This document shows positions 1 through 11,183 of a stretch of DNA of 64,000 nt, piece by piece. The notes under the pieces were generated by a model. The model saw nothing but the letters and a program-made list of their open reading frames with translations. It was not told the origin of the DNA and made no database searches. Within the stretch, counting starts at the first letter, position 1, and each line of letters begins with the position of its first letter. The DNA comes from an uncultured Dehalococcoidales bacterium (GTDB lineage Bacteria > Chloroflexota > Dehalococcoidia > GIF9 > AB-539-J10), in NCBI GenBank assembly GCA_964394145.1, contig CAYMVL010000033.1:711-64710 (forward strand). Reading direction: 5' to 3'. A program made the position numbers and the translations under genes.

Positions 1-1167
1 GTCCCTATGCCTTTCTCTTGGCGCTCTTGTTCAGTCATCTCAAAGACATTTCTCTCCAAAGGTGGTGGTGGTTCATATTCTCTTTCCATACCTTCCAGTC
101 CCGCAGTCAGCATAACGCTGAAAGCCAAATATGGGTTACAAGCAGGGTCAGGAGACCTGAACTCAATCCGGGTGGCATCTTCCTTTCCTGGTTGATATTC
201 AGGTATCCTGATTAAGTCCGCACGGTTTCTCCTTGCCCAGGTGATATATACTGGTGCTTCATAGCCGGGCAGGAGTCGCTTATAAGAATTCACCCATTGG
301 TTAGTAACCGAGGTGATTTCAGGCGCGTATTTCAGTAGACCGGCAGCAAAATGTCTAGCCATCTTGGATAGATGGTAAGGCTCCTTTTCGTCAAAGAAAG
401 CGTTCCTGCCATCTCTAAACAAGGACATATGGACGTGCATTCCGCTGCCAGTTACGCCAAACACAGGTTTAGGCATAAAAGTCGCGTAGACACCATGGTT
501 TTGCGCTATTTGTTTGACTATTAACTTATAGGTCATTACATTATCAGCCATGGTCAAGGCGTCCGCGTAACGCAAGTCTATTTCGTGCTGGCTGGGAGCG
601 ACTTCATGATGGCTATATTCAACACTGATCCCCATCTCTTCCAGAGCGAGAATCGTTTCTCTTCTCAAATCAGTAGCTATGTCGGGTGGAGTTAAATCGA
701 AGTAGCCGCCCTGGTCCAAAAACTGTGGTGACTGGGAATTCTGAAAGTAGAAATATTCCAGTTCAGGGCCGACGTAGAAAGTATAGCCCAAGTCAGCAGC
801 TCTTTTTAAGTTTCTCTTCAGCACATACCTGGGGTCGCCATCAAAAGGCCGTTTTCCCGGCCAGTGGATGTCGCAAAACATCCTAGCAGTTGGCTGTTCC
901 TTCGCTTGGCCCGGGAGTATTTGAAAGGTGCTAGGGTCGGGCAAAGCTATCATGTCGCTCTCATCGATTCTTGCAAAGCCTTGAATGGACGAACCATCGA
1001 AACCATTGCCTGATTCCAAAGCGATCTCCAATTGGTCTATGGTGATAGTAAAGCTTTTCAGAAATCCCAATATGTCCGTGAACCATAGCATTACAAACTT
1101 AACGCCATGCTCTTTGGCTACCGTCAGCACATACTCCTTAGTCCCAGCTTTATCTTCAGTATTCATT
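1..1167 (-). CDS. glnA: Glutamine synthetase type I, partial (N-terminal ~390 aa; 3' end runs off window start)
   Basis: The minus-strand frame is open from an ATG at 1167-1165 to the window edge. It translates as MNTEDKAGTKEYVLTVAKEHGVKFV...GSGMHVHMSLF...NPYLAFSVMLTAGLEGM, which matches the GS-I beta-grasp and catalytic domains. It is not in the ORF track because it has no in-window stop. Confidence 0.85.
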
Positions 1168-1380
1168 TAGTCACGCTTTCCTTTACAGTATTTGAGTGTC
1201 ATCAAACCACAGATTAGAACCAAAATCAAACAAAAGATGCCAGCAATCTGGGCAGATACTGACTACCCGGAATAAGTAGCACGAATCCACTATCTTGTCA
1301 TGATAATAAAACCTGTTTATTCAACATCGATACATTTGTAGATCATGCGCCTGCTTCATGTCGGAGAATTATCCTTCTCT

Positions 1381-1986
1381 CTAATGAATAGCTCTTTGGG
1401 ACACGATATCCAAAAAATATGCGTGGAATCTCAAGTCCGAATTCAGTTCGGGATGGAAAGCCGAAACCAATAGGTTTTCTTGTCTAGCTGCCACATGAGT
1501 GCCGTCGGCAAGACTAGCTAGGATTTCAACTCCAGGTTTAACCCGCACGATACTAGGCGCTCTGATAAATACGGCGGGGAAGGGAGCAGGGCCCAAGACC
1601 GGCACCGATAGTAATGTCTCAAAACTATTAAGCTGTCTGCCAAAAGCGTTGCGTGTTATTTCTATATCCATCACTGCAATGGCCTCTGTATCTAAACCGG
1701 GGGCACTTTTTGCCAACAGAATCAGGCCAGCGCAAGTCCCAAACATGGGAAAGGCGTTCTGACCGAGTTTCCTGAGCTCTTTGGTAAAACCATAGGACAG
1801 CATCAGGCGCCCAATGGTAGTGGATTCCCCGCCGGGGATGATAAGTCCGTCTAAGCCTCTCAAATCTCGGGGCAGACGTACTGGCAATGCATTTGCCCCC
1901 AATCTTTCTAAACTGGCTATATGCTCGGCGAAAGCTCCCTGCAGAGCAAGAACCCCAATATTTTTCTTGATACTCAACTTGGGCAT
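1381..1986 (-). CDS. pdxT: Pyridoxal 5'-phosphate synthase glutaminase subunit PdxT
   Basis: The 201-aa product contains IGVLALQGAFAEHI...LIIPGGESTT...FGTCAGLILLAK...VFIRAP. These are the PdxT class-I glutamine amidotransferase signatures. Confidence 0.85.
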   Translation of the reverse strand: MPKLSIKKNIGVLALQGAFAEHIASLERLGANALPVRLPRDLRGLDGLIIPGGESTTIGRLMLSYGFTKELRKLGQNAFPMFGTCAGLILLAKSAPGLDTEAIAVMDIEITRNAFGRQLNSFETLLSVPVLGPAPFPAVFIRAPSIVRVKPGVEILASLADGTHVAARQENLLVSAFHPELNSDLRFHAYFLDIVSQRAIH

Positions 1987-2144
1987 TGAAAGACAGCGCT
2001 ACAGCTCAGCGGATGTTTCCTGCAGGATAATGAATAGCTACCCAGACATAGTACTTGTACAACGCTCATTGTTGTTCCGTATGCTATCACTGGAGGACTG
2101 AAAAATCCCACTCACCTGACTCAGTCTCTTTAACTTCGTATAAC

Positions 2145-3878
2145 TCATTGCCTAAACTGGTTGGTTATGGGCAGTCTTCTGTCCCTGCCAAAGTCTCTAG
2201 GAGTCACTTTTATACCAGGGGCAGCTTGGCGGCGCTTGTATTCATTTCTATCTACCAAGCGAGCCACTTTGATGACTGCCTCGCGGTCAAAACCCATCGC
2301 TACAATTTGCTCAATTGTCATATCATCTTCTACGTATGCTTTTAGAATGGGATCTGCTAATTCGTATGGCGGCAAGGTATCCGTGTCTTTCTGGCCAGGT
2401 CTTAGCTCGGCTGACGGCGCTTTGGTTAAGACATCGGACGGTATAATATCTTTCCCTGCCGCGAGATTCTTATACTTGGCCAGTTTGAAAACCGTCGTTT
2501 TGAGCACATCCTTTAGCGGGATGAATCCTCCTGCCATATCTCCATAAATGGTAGTATAGCCCATGGCTGTCTCACTTTTGTTGCTGCAAGCCAGTACCAA
2601 CCAGCCAAACTTGTTAGATAAGGCGAAGAGCAAATTGCCTCTTATGCGTGCTTGAATATTCTCCTCTGTTACATCTGGGCTTGTATCTTTGAAAGACTCC
2701 GCTAGTGTCTCGAGATATGAATTGAACGTCTCCTCAATAGATATTATTTTTAGTTCTATACCCAGATTCTTCGCTAGTGCTTGAGCGTCTGATATGCTGC
2801 TCGGTGATGTGTAGCGAGAGGGCATGGAAACACCTATCACATTATCAGCCCCCAGGGCATCAACCCCTATGGCAGCTACCAGGGATGAATCAACTCCGCC
2901 AGATAAACCGATAACGACCTTACTGAAGCCGTTCTTTCTCACGTAGTCTCTGGTGCCGAGGACGAGGGCTCTGTATATTTCGGTGAGTTCGTCTAGCTGT
3001 TCAATTTGCCTTGGGGGCAAAGACGGTCTGCTGGTCTTGGGATCTCCATCTGATACCTCCACTCTGGTAGCCTGCTCCAGTTCCTTTCTAAGCCGTGTAG
3101 AATTCTTCCTCCGGCGAGGGTCGTGTAAATGTGAACGAAACACAGACTCTATATCCAAATCAGCCAATACGAGGTCTTCTTCAAACTGTCGCCCACGGGC
3201 AATGATCTCGCCTGTTTCATTGATAATCAGGCTATTGCCGTCAAAAATAAGCTCGTCTTGTCCACCAATCAGATTGTTATATGCTACAAGGGCTAAGTTG
3301 TCGGCTGCTCTGGTAGCCAGCATCCTTTCTCTCGAGCGCTCTTTCCCGACATGGTACGGTGAAGCGCTTATATTAACCAATAGTGTTGCTCCAGCATGGG
3401 CTTGAACCGTTGCCGGTCCGGTTTCATACCACATGTCCTCGCAGATAGTGACGCCTATGCCAATACCGTAAATGATGAACACAGGGCATTGAGTTCCCGC
3501 TTGAAAATACCTGTTTTCATCAAACACGCCATAATTTGGCAGATAAGTCTTATGATAGACGCCGGCTAACCTAGTATCGTAGATCACTGCTGCTGCATTA
3601 AATATATCGTTGTTGCTATCAACGAAGCCAAGTATCAACGCTATGTCCGATGAGTACCCTATTATTTCCTCAAGGCATTCCCTGTTTTGCTTGACAAAGT
3701 GTGGCTTGAGCAACAAGTCTTCCGGAGGATATCCAGTAATAGCTAATTCAGGGAAGGTCAGCAGGTCAACCCCTAGTGCCCTTGCTTCGTCAATGGATTG
3801 CTTTATTTTCTTGGTATTGCCATGCAAATCACCCACGGTGGAGTTGATCTGGGCCATTCCAATTCTGATTGTACGCAA
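2145..3878 (-). CDS. nadE: Glutamine-dependent NAD+ synthetase (nitrilase/CN-hydrolase domain plus NAD synthetase domain)
   Basis: The 577-aa product has an N-terminal CN-hydrolase domain (MRTIRIGMAQIN...FPELAITGYPPEDL...ICEDMWY). Its C-terminal part has the NAD synthetase PP-loop (VVIGLSGGVDSSLVAAI). Confidence 0.85.
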   Translation of the reverse strand: MRTIRIGMAQINSTVGDLHGNTKKIKQSIDEARALGVDLLTFPELAITGYPPEDLLLKPHFVKQNRECLEEIIGYSSDIALILGFVDSNNDIFNAAAVIYDTRLAGVYHKTYLPNYGVFDENRYFQAGTQCPVFIIYGIGIGVTICEDMWYETGPATVQAHAGATLLVNISASPYHVGKERSRERMLATRAADNLALVAYNNLIGGQDELIFDGNSLIINETGEIIARGRQFEEDLVLADLDIESVFRSHLHDPRRRKNSTRLRKELEQATRVEVSDGDPKTSRPSLPPRQIEQLDELTEIYRALVLGTRDYVRKNGFSKVVIGLSGGVDSSLVAAIGVDALGADNVIGVSMPSRYTSPSSISDAQALAKNLGIELKIISIEETFNSYLETLAESFKDTSPDVTEENIQARIRGNLLFALSNKFGWLVLACSNKSETAMGYTTIYGDMAGGFIPLKDVLKTTVFKLAKYKNLAAGKDIIPSDVLTKAPSAELRPGQKDTDTLPPYELADPILKAYVEDDMTIEQIVAMGFDREAVIKVARLVDRNEYKRRQAAPGIKVTPRDFGRDRRLPITNQFRQ

Positions 3879-4049
3879 TTCTTACTCCTCAGGTTGCCGC
3901 AACTTATACTATACCAGGCCGATAGTAGACATTTCCCCAATTTGAGTTGCTTCTAGTGCCTTGATACGGTAGAATGGCAGGTCTAAATTGTCGGATTGGA
4001 GTTACCATAATAACATATTAGGCTCAGGTTGGATTGGGGGAATTGTAAC

Positions 4050-4829
4050 ATGGAAACTGTAAGAATCATACCTTGCCTTGATGTGAAGGATGGGAGAGTG
4101 GTCAAGGGCGTAAACTTTGTGGACCTGAAAGATGCCCGAGACCCAATAGAGGCGGCAGAGGCTTATTGCCAAGAGGGAGCTGATGAACTTGTTTTTCTAG
4201 ATATCTCCGCTACTGTAGAGAATAGAGGAACAAGGCTGGAATGGGTCAAGAAGGTGGCGGAAAAGGTTACCATCCCCTTTGCCGTAGGAGGAGGAATTAG
4301 AAATGTTGAAGACATGAAGGCTCTACTTGATCTCGGGGTGGATAAGGTCTCAATAAATACCGCTGCAGTGAGAAATGCCGAGCTTATAAGCGGAGCTTCA
4401 AAGATGTTTGGAAAAGAGAAACTCGTTATCGCTATTGATGGGCGAAAGAACTCTGCTGGAAGCGGACTTCCCCGATTAGAGGTAGTGGTCAAGAGTGGCA
4501 GCGAGGCTACCGGCATAGATATTTGCAATTGGGCAAGGAGGGTGGAGAAACTAGGTGCTGGCGAGATTTTACTTACCAGCAAGGATGCTGATGGGACAAG
4601 GGAGGGGTACGATTTAGAGATGACCAGAGCTGTAGCTGAAGCTGTTGACATTCCGGTGATTGCTTCCGGAGGCGCGGGTAAGCTTGAGCATCTATACCAG
4701 GCGGTGACTATAGGTAAAGCATCAGCAGTCTTGGCTGCTTCAATATTCCACTTCGGGGAGCTCTCGATAGCAGAAGCCAAGACTTACCTTAAGGAGAAGG
4801 GAATACCTGTTAGTAACTCACTCCACTGA
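4050..4829 (+). CDS. hisF: Imidazole glycerol phosphate synthase cyclase subunit HisF
   Basis: The product reads [20 protein letters not shown]...[11 protein letters not shown]...VSINTAAV...IASGGAG, a HisF TIM-barrel. The ATG at 4050 is preferred over the track's TTG at 4029 because homologs start about 5 aa before IIPCLDV. Confidence 0.85.
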   Translation: METVRIIPCLDVKDGRVVKGVNFVDLKDARDPIEAAEAYCQEGADELVFLDISATVENRGTRLEWVKKVAEKVTIPFAVGGGIRNVEDMKALLDLGVDKVSINTAAVRNAELISGASKMFGKEKLVIAIDGRKNSAGSGLPRLEVVVKSGSEATGIDICNWARRVEKLGAGEILLTSKDADGTREGYDLEMTRAVAEAVDIPVIASGGAGKLEHLYQAVTIGKASAVLAASIFHFGELSIAEAKTYLKEKGIPVSNSLH

Positions 4830-4935
4830 GCTCTTTCGCTATGGTCTAAGTTGACCTTCTCTCAAGTGCTGTCAAGTGATACAGGCTAGATGATTAAGAT
4901 TATGCTAACATACAATTTCAGGAGGAGAAAAGAAC

Positions 4936-6183
4936 TTGCAGAGGATTAATCCGTTTGATGTTGTAAAACAACAGGTAGATAAGTGTGCCGAGATTTTGGG
5001 CCTTTCACCAGGCGTGGCGGCAATGCTTAAGGTCCCAATGCGAGAACTTCATGTATCGCTACCAATACGGATGGACGATGGCCACACCAGGGTGTTCCAA
5101 GCGTTTAGGGTTCAATATAATGATGCTAGGGGCATTACAAAGGGTGGTATCAGGTTCCATCCAGATGAGACAATTGATACTGTTCGAGCACTGGCTGCTT
5201 GGATGACATGGAAGTGCGCGCTGCTCGACTTGCCTCTAGGGGGAGCTAAAGGGGGTGTTATCTGTAACCCAAAGGAGATGTCTCCAGCCGAGTTGGAACG
5301 TCTAAGCCGTGCATACGTGCGGGGAGTATTCCAGTTTATTGGGCCAGACAAAGACGTACCAGCACCTGATGTTTATACTACGCCGCAGATTATGGCTTGG
5401 ATGATGGATGAGTATTCAGCAATTGTGGGAAAGCCACAATTCGGTGTGATCACAGGAAAGCCTCTGGCTATTGGAGGTTCTCCCGGACGGGCTGACGCCA
5501 CGGCTCGTGGTGGCATGTATGCCATCCGTGAAGCTGCCAAGTCACTTGGCATTGATTTAGGCAAGGCTACAGTAGCTATACAAGGTTATGGAAATGCCGG
5601 CTATTATGCAGCTCGGTTATGCAGCGAGCTTTTTGGGTCTAAAATAGTAGGCGTATGTGACAGCAAAGGTGGAGTATACTGCAGAAATGGGCTTGATGCA
5701 GAGGCCTGTCATATGTGTAAGTCACAGTCTTCCTCGGTATCCAACTTGCCAGGCGTGGAACATATCTCCGACCAGGAACTCTTGGAACTAGATGTGGATA
5801 TACTTATCCCGGCAGCTATAGAGAATGTGATAACAGAGAAGAATGCTCCAAATATCAAGGCTAAGATCGTTGCCGAGTTAGCTAACGGCCCGACCACGCC
5901 AGAAGCGGATTATATTCTGTATGAAAAGGGGATTCATGTCATACCCGACTTCCTGTGCAACGCTGGTGGTGTTACTGTCTCCTACTTTGAGATGGTTCAA
6001 GATTTCTATCTCTACTTCTGGGATGAAACGGAGATTCGCAAACAGCTGGACAAGAAGATGACCGCAGCCTATCATTCCGTGTTGACTACTAGTCGAGAAT
6101 ATAATATAGACATGCGGCAGGCGGCGTATGTAAAGGCTGTGGAACGTGTGGTAGAAGCTATGAAGGTGCGGGGTTGGGTTTAG
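4936..6183 (+). CDS. gdhA: Glu/Leu/Phe/Val dehydrogenase family protein, probably NAD(P)-glutamate dehydrogenase
   Basis: The 415-aa product contains [20 protein letters not shown]...[13 protein letters not shown]...[10 protein letters not shown] (Rossmann). The TTG start at 4936 follows GGAGGAG 8 nt upstream. Confidence 0.8.
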   Translation: MQRINPFDVVKQQVDKCAEILGLSPGVAAMLKVPMRELHVSLPIRMDDGHTRVFQAFRVQYNDARGITKGGIRFHPDETIDTVRALAAWMTWKCALLDLPLGGAKGGVICNPKEMSPAELERLSRAYVRGVFQFIGPDKDVPAPDVYTTPQIMAWMMDEYSAIVGKPQFGVITGKPLAIGGSPGRADATARGGMYAIREAAKSLGIDLGKATVAIQGYGNAGYYAARLCSELFGSKIVGVCDSKGGVYCRNGLDAEACHMCKSQSSSVSNLPGVEHISDQELLELDVDILIPAAIENVITEKNAPNIKAKIVAELANGPTTPEADYILYEKGIHVIPDFLCNAGGVTVSYFEMVQDFYLYFWDETEIRKQLDKKMTAAYHSVLTTSREYNIDMRQAAYVKAVERVVEAMKVRGWV

Positions 6184-6528
6184 CTACCTAATTAAACGAG
6201 CTACTACAGAGGAGATATTACCCTTGAAGAACCGGAGAGTTCTTTGTTGAGAGAATGGTCTTCTTAAGAGTGGCTGAAGCATTTCGCAGCCGTTGCAAGA
6301 AGATGATGGATGCCCACAATGGCTATGGGTACATCGAATTATTAACTGCCAGGGCCTAAACGGGTGGGATATAAAAGGCGTGTGGAATCTGTACTCGTGT
6401 TGTAAATGCGCAATAATCACATTTACAGTGACAGTACTGAAGAAGTATATCCCACACAGGATGAAGAATTACGTTTTTCAGATGTGAATTCTGGATGAGA
6501 GAAAACTGGGTTCAGGAGGTGAGTACAG

Positions 6529-6714
6529 ATGTGGAGTAGAAGGCCCTGGAGATTCTATTTTGGTTTTCCTCCCTTTGGTCCTTACTGGCATGGACTAAAG
6601 CCTTTTCCCAGCAAGGAAGAGTACCTGAGTATGCTAGAGGAGTACAAAGACGGACTAGAGGAGGAATTAAAGGAGCTTAAAGAAGAAATTGAAGAAATCA
6701 AGAAGAGCCTCTAA
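6529..6714 (+). CDS. Small hypothetical protein with a Gly/Pro/aromatic-rich N-terminus and a charged coiled-coil C-terminus (DUF5320-like pattern)
   Basis: The 61-aa ORF has a strong RBS, AGGAGGTG, 7 nt upstream. The sequence PWRFYFGFPPFGPYWHG followed by EEYKDGLEEELKELKEEIEEIKKSL resembles the DUF5320 small-protein architecture. This assignment is from memory only. Confidence 0.4.
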   Translation: MWSRRPWRFYFGFPPFGPYWHGLKPFPSKEEYLSMLEEYKDGLEEELKELKEEIEEIKKSL

Positions 6715-6757
6715 ACCTGCGCCCTTCTTGTATTCCCCCTGACTTGTAGGCGAGGTC

Positions 6758-7807
6758 ATGTCAAGTGATTCTGGACCAGCACGTGTTTTGCCTGGATTCT
6801 TCATATCTTACAGGGAAGCAGTTGAAGCTGAGCTGAGGGAGATAATCAAGGAAAATCCGTCAGCGCTCAACAACTTAATACGATACCATATGGGCTGGCA
6901 GGACGAGAATGGTCAGCCCCATAAGCGGAAAGGGGGAAAATTCATTCGCTCAACGCTTTCCCTCCTTGGTTGCCAGTCTGTCGGAGGAGAGGTATCCCAG
7001 GCGCTCCCGGCTGCCGCAGCCTTAGAGCTCATTCATAACTTCTCCTTAATCCACGATGATATTGAAGATGCCAGCTATGAACGCCATCAGCAGCCAACTG
7101 TATGGAAGCTGTGGGGTCAGTCCCAAGCTATGAATGCTGGAGATGCTACTTTTACTCTGGCCTACCTGGCGTTGCTCAGATTGAGGGAGCAGGGGATAGC
7201 CTATGAGAAAATTATGCATTGCATTCGTGTTATAACTGAAGCCTGTGTAGACCTTTGTGAGGGGCAATACCTGGATATCGAATTCGAAAGGCAGCTTGAT
7301 GTCCCTGTTGATGATTATCTCCATATGATAAGGAAGAAAACAGCGGCATTGATGGCAACTTCGGTCTATCTGGGAGCATACTTGGGTACGGAGGATAAGA
7401 AACTGCTGAACTCTCTATATCGCTTTGGTGAACAGTTGGGTATGGCTTACCAAATTCGTGATGACATATTAGGCATTTGGGGTAAGAAGGAAAACACGGG
7501 TAAGCGGATAGCAGAGGATATTTTGCAGAGAAAGAAGACCTTGCCGGTAATTTACGGATTAAAGCATTCCAGAGTGGAAGAGGTGAAGAAGCTCAAAAAT
7601 CTCTATTCGCAAGAACACATCCAGCACGATGATGTGGCCGAAATAGTGGAGATTCTGGACCGGCTTGGCGCTAGAGATTATGCCCAGCGTCTATCAGAGC
7701 AATATCATGAGCAGGCATCCGCTCAACTTGAGGCCACAGCACTCGATCATGGCAGGCTAGCTCTTTTGAGACAAGCAGCAAGCTTTTTTCTGGAGCGTGA
7801 CTACTAG
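6758..7807 (+). CDS. Polyprenyl (trans-isoprenyl) diphosphate synthase
   Basis: The 349-aa product has a first aspartate-rich motif LIHDDIED and a second motif IRDDILG. These are typical of IspA/IdsA/heptaprenyl synthase family enzymes. Chain length is not assignable from the sequence. Confidence 0.8.
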   Translation: MSSDSGPARVLPGFFISYREAVEAELREIIKENPSALNNLIRYHMGWQDENGQPHKRKGGKFIRSTLSLLGCQSVGGEVSQALPAAAALELIHNFSLIHDDIEDASYERHQQPTVWKLWGQSQAMNAGDATFTLAYLALLRLREQGIAYEKIMHCIRVITEACVDLCEGQYLDIEFERQLDVPVDDYLHMIRKKTAALMATSVYLGAYLGTEDKKLLNSLYRFGEQLGMAYQIRDDILGIWGKKENTGKRIAEDILQRKKTLPVIYGLKHSRVEEVKKLKNLYSQEHIQHDDVAEIVEILDRLGARDYAQRLSEQYHEQASAQLEATALDHGRLALLRQAASFFLERDY

Positions 7808-8018
7808 GGATACTCGAAGAAAAGCGAGCGGCCGACAAGATGTGCCACATGTCCGCAGGAGATAATGCCAGTGTAAGCTGCTTTCTTTAGAGGCGGCTGT
7901 CTCGCTGGCGCTAGGGCCTTGCAGGATAGAGCTAATTGGGGATTACATATCGGAGGCCTTTAGGACTTTGACTAGAGTAGTCTTTTAGTGTTTAGATATT
8001 AGTTGAGGTTTTTGACAA

Positions 8019-8786
8019 ATGAGAGTTCCGTTGGTTGTTGCTAACTGGAAAATGAACACTACGGTCGGCGAAGCTGAAGAGCTTGTGCGTTGCATGCTGA
8101 CCATGCTGGATAAGATAAGTGGAGTGGAAAAAGTGCTCTGCCCGCCATTTGTGTCACTTACTGCGATAAATAGGATGCTTCAAGGTTCGTCTATTAAGCT
8201 GGGCGCTCAGAACATGCATTTTGAGGCTAAAGGAGCTTACACAGGTGAAGTGTCACCATTGATGCTTAGAGAATTGTGTGAATTCGTCATCCTGGGACAT
8301 TCTGAGAGGCGGTGGTACTTCCATGAAACGGGCGAGATGATTAATAAGAAAGTTAAGGCAGCTTTAAGTAACGGACTTAAGCCCATCTTATGTGTTGGAG
8401 AAAGGCTCGAGGAACAGGAAACTGGGAGGACAGAGGAGGTGGTCAGGGAACAGCTGACAACAGCTTTAAATGGCATAAAGCTTAACCGAGACCTAGCGGT
8501 TGCCTATGAACCAGTGTGGGCTATAGGAACAGGCAAGGCCGCCAGCAGTGAGCAAGCAGCAGCCACTACAGAGCTTATCCGTAGTGTCCTGGCTAATCTA
8601 TGGAACGAAGATGTAGCTCAAGACTTACGAATCCTCTATGGAGGCAGCGTTACCAGAGATAATGTTGCTGAGTTCGTTTCCGTGCCAGAAATTGATGGTG
8701 CTCTAGTTGGTGGTGCCAGCCTCAAGGTTGAAGAATTCTTCAGTATTGTGAACCAGGCCTCTGAAATCAAGAATAGGTCTATTTGA
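8019..8786 (+). CDS. tpiA: Triose-phosphate isomerase
   Basis: The product contains VVANWKMN...ILGHSERR...AYEPVWAIGTGK...YGGSV, which are canonical TIM motifs. Confidence 0.9.
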   Translation: MRVPLVVANWKMNTTVGEAEELVRCMLTMLDKISGVEKVLCPPFVSLTAINRMLQGSSIKLGAQNMHFEAKGAYTGEVSPLMLRELCEFVILGHSERRWYFHETGEMINKKVKAALSNGLKPILCVGERLEEQETGRTEEVVREQLTTALNGIKLNRDLAVAYEPVWAIGTGKAASSEQAAATTELIRSVLANLWNEDVAQDLRILYGGSVTRDNVAEFVSVPEIDGALVGGASLKVEEFFSIVNQASEIKNRSI

Positions 8787-8797
8787 CAAGAGTGTAG

Positions 8798-9763
8798 TTG
8801 AGAACGCGCCTGTCATCATCAGAAATGGAGCGTAGCAATCTCAGACACTCCCTTGTCGCCATCGTTGGTCCCACAGCGGTGGGCAAAAGTGAACTGGCGC
8901 TGAGCATAGCAAGGGATCTCAAGGCTGAGATAGTAACTGCAGATAGTCGACAAGTCTATCGCCATATGGATATTGGCACCAATAAGCCTACTTTGGCTGA
9001 GAGAGCATCAGTTCCTCATCACCTCATTGATGTGGTGGATCCGGACAGTGACTTTAGTTTAGCTTTGTATTGTAGATTAGCTACTGAAGCTATCAAGTCT
9101 ATTCGCCTTAGGGGTAAATTGGCGTTATTGGTTGGGGGCAGTGGCCTTTCTATTTGGTCCCTGATAGAAGGATGGAAGATACCGCCAGTGCCAGCTAATG
9201 TTGAGCTAAGAGCTCATATGGAGGCTAGAGCAGAGCGGGAAGGCAGTCATATTCTGTATCAAGAACTGCAAGATGTTGATCCATTAGCAGCAGCGAAGAT
9301 TCATCCCAGTAATGCCCGCCGTATTATAAGAGGCTTGGAAATTTACCATGAGACAGGGCAGCTTCCATCCCGATTGAGGCGAAAAGAAGCTCCAGACTTC
9401 CATAGCCTCATAATCGGTTTGACTATGGCAAGAAGCGAACTCTATAACAGAATTGATAATCGTGTTGATAATATGATAGACAGAGGATTCATTGACGAGG
9501 TAAAGGGGCTTCTGGGAATGGGCTATAATCTCTCCCTGCCTTCTATGTCAGGTATAGGCTATAGGCAAATAGGCCAGTTCCTTAAAGGTGAAATGTTTTT
9601 GCCTGCGGCTATCGATAAGATGAAGTCTGAGACACATCGCTTGGCTCGTCATCAATATGCTTGGTTCCGCCTGAATGATAAGAGAATCCACTGGCTCAAT
9701 GTTGATAATTCAACCGCAGAAGCCAGCAACTTAATAGGAAACTTCTGCGACGAACTTGTGTAA
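8798..9763 (+). CDS. miaA: tRNA dimethylallyltransferase (IPP transferase)
   Basis: The product has a P-loop LVAIVGPTAVGKS and the motif DSRQVYRHMDIGTNKPT. An alternative ATG start at 8825 (MERSNLRH...) is equally plausible. Confidence 0.85.
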   Translation: MRTRLSSSEMERSNLRHSLVAIVGPTAVGKSELALSIARDLKAEIVTADSRQVYRHMDIGTNKPTLAERASVPHHLIDVVDPDSDFSLALYCRLATEAIKSIRLRGKLALLVGGSGLSIWSLIEGWKIPPVPANVELRAHMEARAEREGSHILYQELQDVDPLAAAKIHPSNARRIIRGLEIYHETGQLPSRLRRKEAPDFHSLIIGLTMARSELYNRIDNRVDNMIDRGFIDEVKGLLGMGYNLSLPSMSGIGYRQIGQFLKGEMFLPAAIDKMKSETHRLARHQYAWFRLNDKRIHWLNVDNSTAEASNLIGNFCDELV

Positions 9764-10091
9764 ACCGCAGGTAGAAGGTAATGATTTCATAATGGTGCAT
9801 GCCAGGGCAATGTAGAGGTGTTGGCACTCTATAAATTCTAATCAAACTTTCTCAGGTTCTATACTAGATTTTGTTATCCAGTAGACTTATCATTAATATA
9901 GTGCATCTTATTCTCCATAGAAGGGAAGGATGATGTTATGTGGATTTCTCTGTGAAGATCGCTGATGAGAGCCTGGAGCGAGGCTGAAATCGTCTGTTAG
10001 ACTGGGGGTGGAATCTCCAGGCGAGCTGAATTAGGAGGAGAAAATAAGGGAAAGATTCTTTCTCACTGAGACCGCGACGGAGCAAGTATTT

Positions 10092-11183
10092 TTGGTAGGG
10101 CTGGAGACTAAGGTGTCTGATAGTTACTGGTCAGCTGCTGATTCGCTGCAAGAGCTGTCTTATCTAGTCAAGACAGCTCATGCTGAAGTCGTGGGCATGC
10201 TTTCGCAAAAAATGGATGCTCCTTCGCCCACTTATTATATAGGTAAAGGCAAAATTGCTGAACTCATTAGCCTCAGAGAGCAGACTCACTATACCACGGT
10301 GATCTTTGATGACGAGCTATCTCCACGGCAGCAGAGAAACCTTGAAGAGGTACTAGAGGCCAAAGTGATTGATCGCACCGCCCTGATTCTAGATATATTT
10401 GCCAGGAAAGCCCGCACCCGTGAAGGGCAACTCCAGGTTGAGCTGGCGCAGCACCAATACCTTTTGCCAAGACTTGTGGGTCAGTGGAGCCATCTGGAGC
10501 GGCTCGGCGGTGGTATCGGCACCAGAGGTCCTGGTGAGTCGCAATTGGAAACGGACCGCCGTTTCATACGCAAACGTATCAATCGCCTTACACGTGAGAT
10601 AGAAAATGTATCCCGGCATCGAGCTCTTTACAGGGGGAGACGTAAGGAAAGAGGTATCCCAATCATAGCTATTGTTGGCTATACCAATGCCGGTAAGAGC
10701 ACTCTATTTAATGTCCTGAGCAAGGCGGGCGTTGTTGTAGAGGACAAGCTCTTTTCTACTCTAGATCCTGTGACGCGTCGCGTAGTCTTACCTGATAAGC
10801 GACAGTGCCTGATTACCGATACCGTGGGCTTCATTCACAAAATACCACCATCTATTATCGATGCTTTTCGAGCTACGCTAGAGGAACTCAATGAAGCCGA
10901 TTTGCTGCTGCACATAGTTGACATAACACATAAGAATGCAGCTAGTCAGTGCCTGGCGGTAGAGAAGATACTCAATGAATTGAACCTTGAGAACAAACCT
11001 AGAATCACTGTGTTCAACAAATTAGATTTGGTTCTCAGGAGCGAAGGGGAGTTGGAAACTCTACCATTTACTCCTGGTGTGAAAGAACAAATTATGTTCC
11101 TAAACAGTAACATGATTCTCATCTCCGCCGCTCAGGGTTGGGGGATGGATGAACTCTTGAACAAGGTGACATGCTATATTTGA
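10092..11183 (+). CDS. hflX: GTPase HflX
   Basis: The HflX N-domain contains ILDIFARKARTREGQLQVELAQHQYLLPRL...GPGESQLE. The G-domain contains IVGYTNAGKSTLFN...DTVGFI...NKLD. The TTG start is the first start codon after an in-frame stop at 10032. Confidence 0.85.
   Translation: MVGLETKVSDSYWSAADSLQELSYLVKTAHAEVVGMLSQKMDAPSPTYYIGKGKIAELISLREQTHYTTVIFDDELSPRQQRNLEEVLEAKVIDRTALILDIFARKARTREGQLQVELAQHQYLLPRLVGQWSHLERLGGGIGTRGPGESQLETDRRFIRKRINRLTREIENVSRHRALYRGRRKERGIPIIAIVGYTNAGKSTLFNVLSKAGVVVEDKLFSTLDPVTRRVVLPDKRQCLITDTVGFIHKIPPSIIDAFRATLEELNEADLLLHIVDITHKNAASQCLAVEKILNELNLENKPRITVFNKLDLVLRSEGELETLPFTPGVKEQIMFLNSNMILISAAQGWGMDELLNKVTCYI

Noticed and set aside
4163-4780. A 205-aa ORF on the minus strand, entirely inside hisF.
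   Set aside because: It is an antisense shadow ORF with low-complexity Ser/Ala/Pro-rich composition. The sense strand carries unambiguous HisF motifs.
9764-10091. An expected hfq gene between miaA and hflX.
   Set aside because: No ORF longer than about 12 codons is present in the 328-bp spacer, so an Sm-fold protein is absent here.
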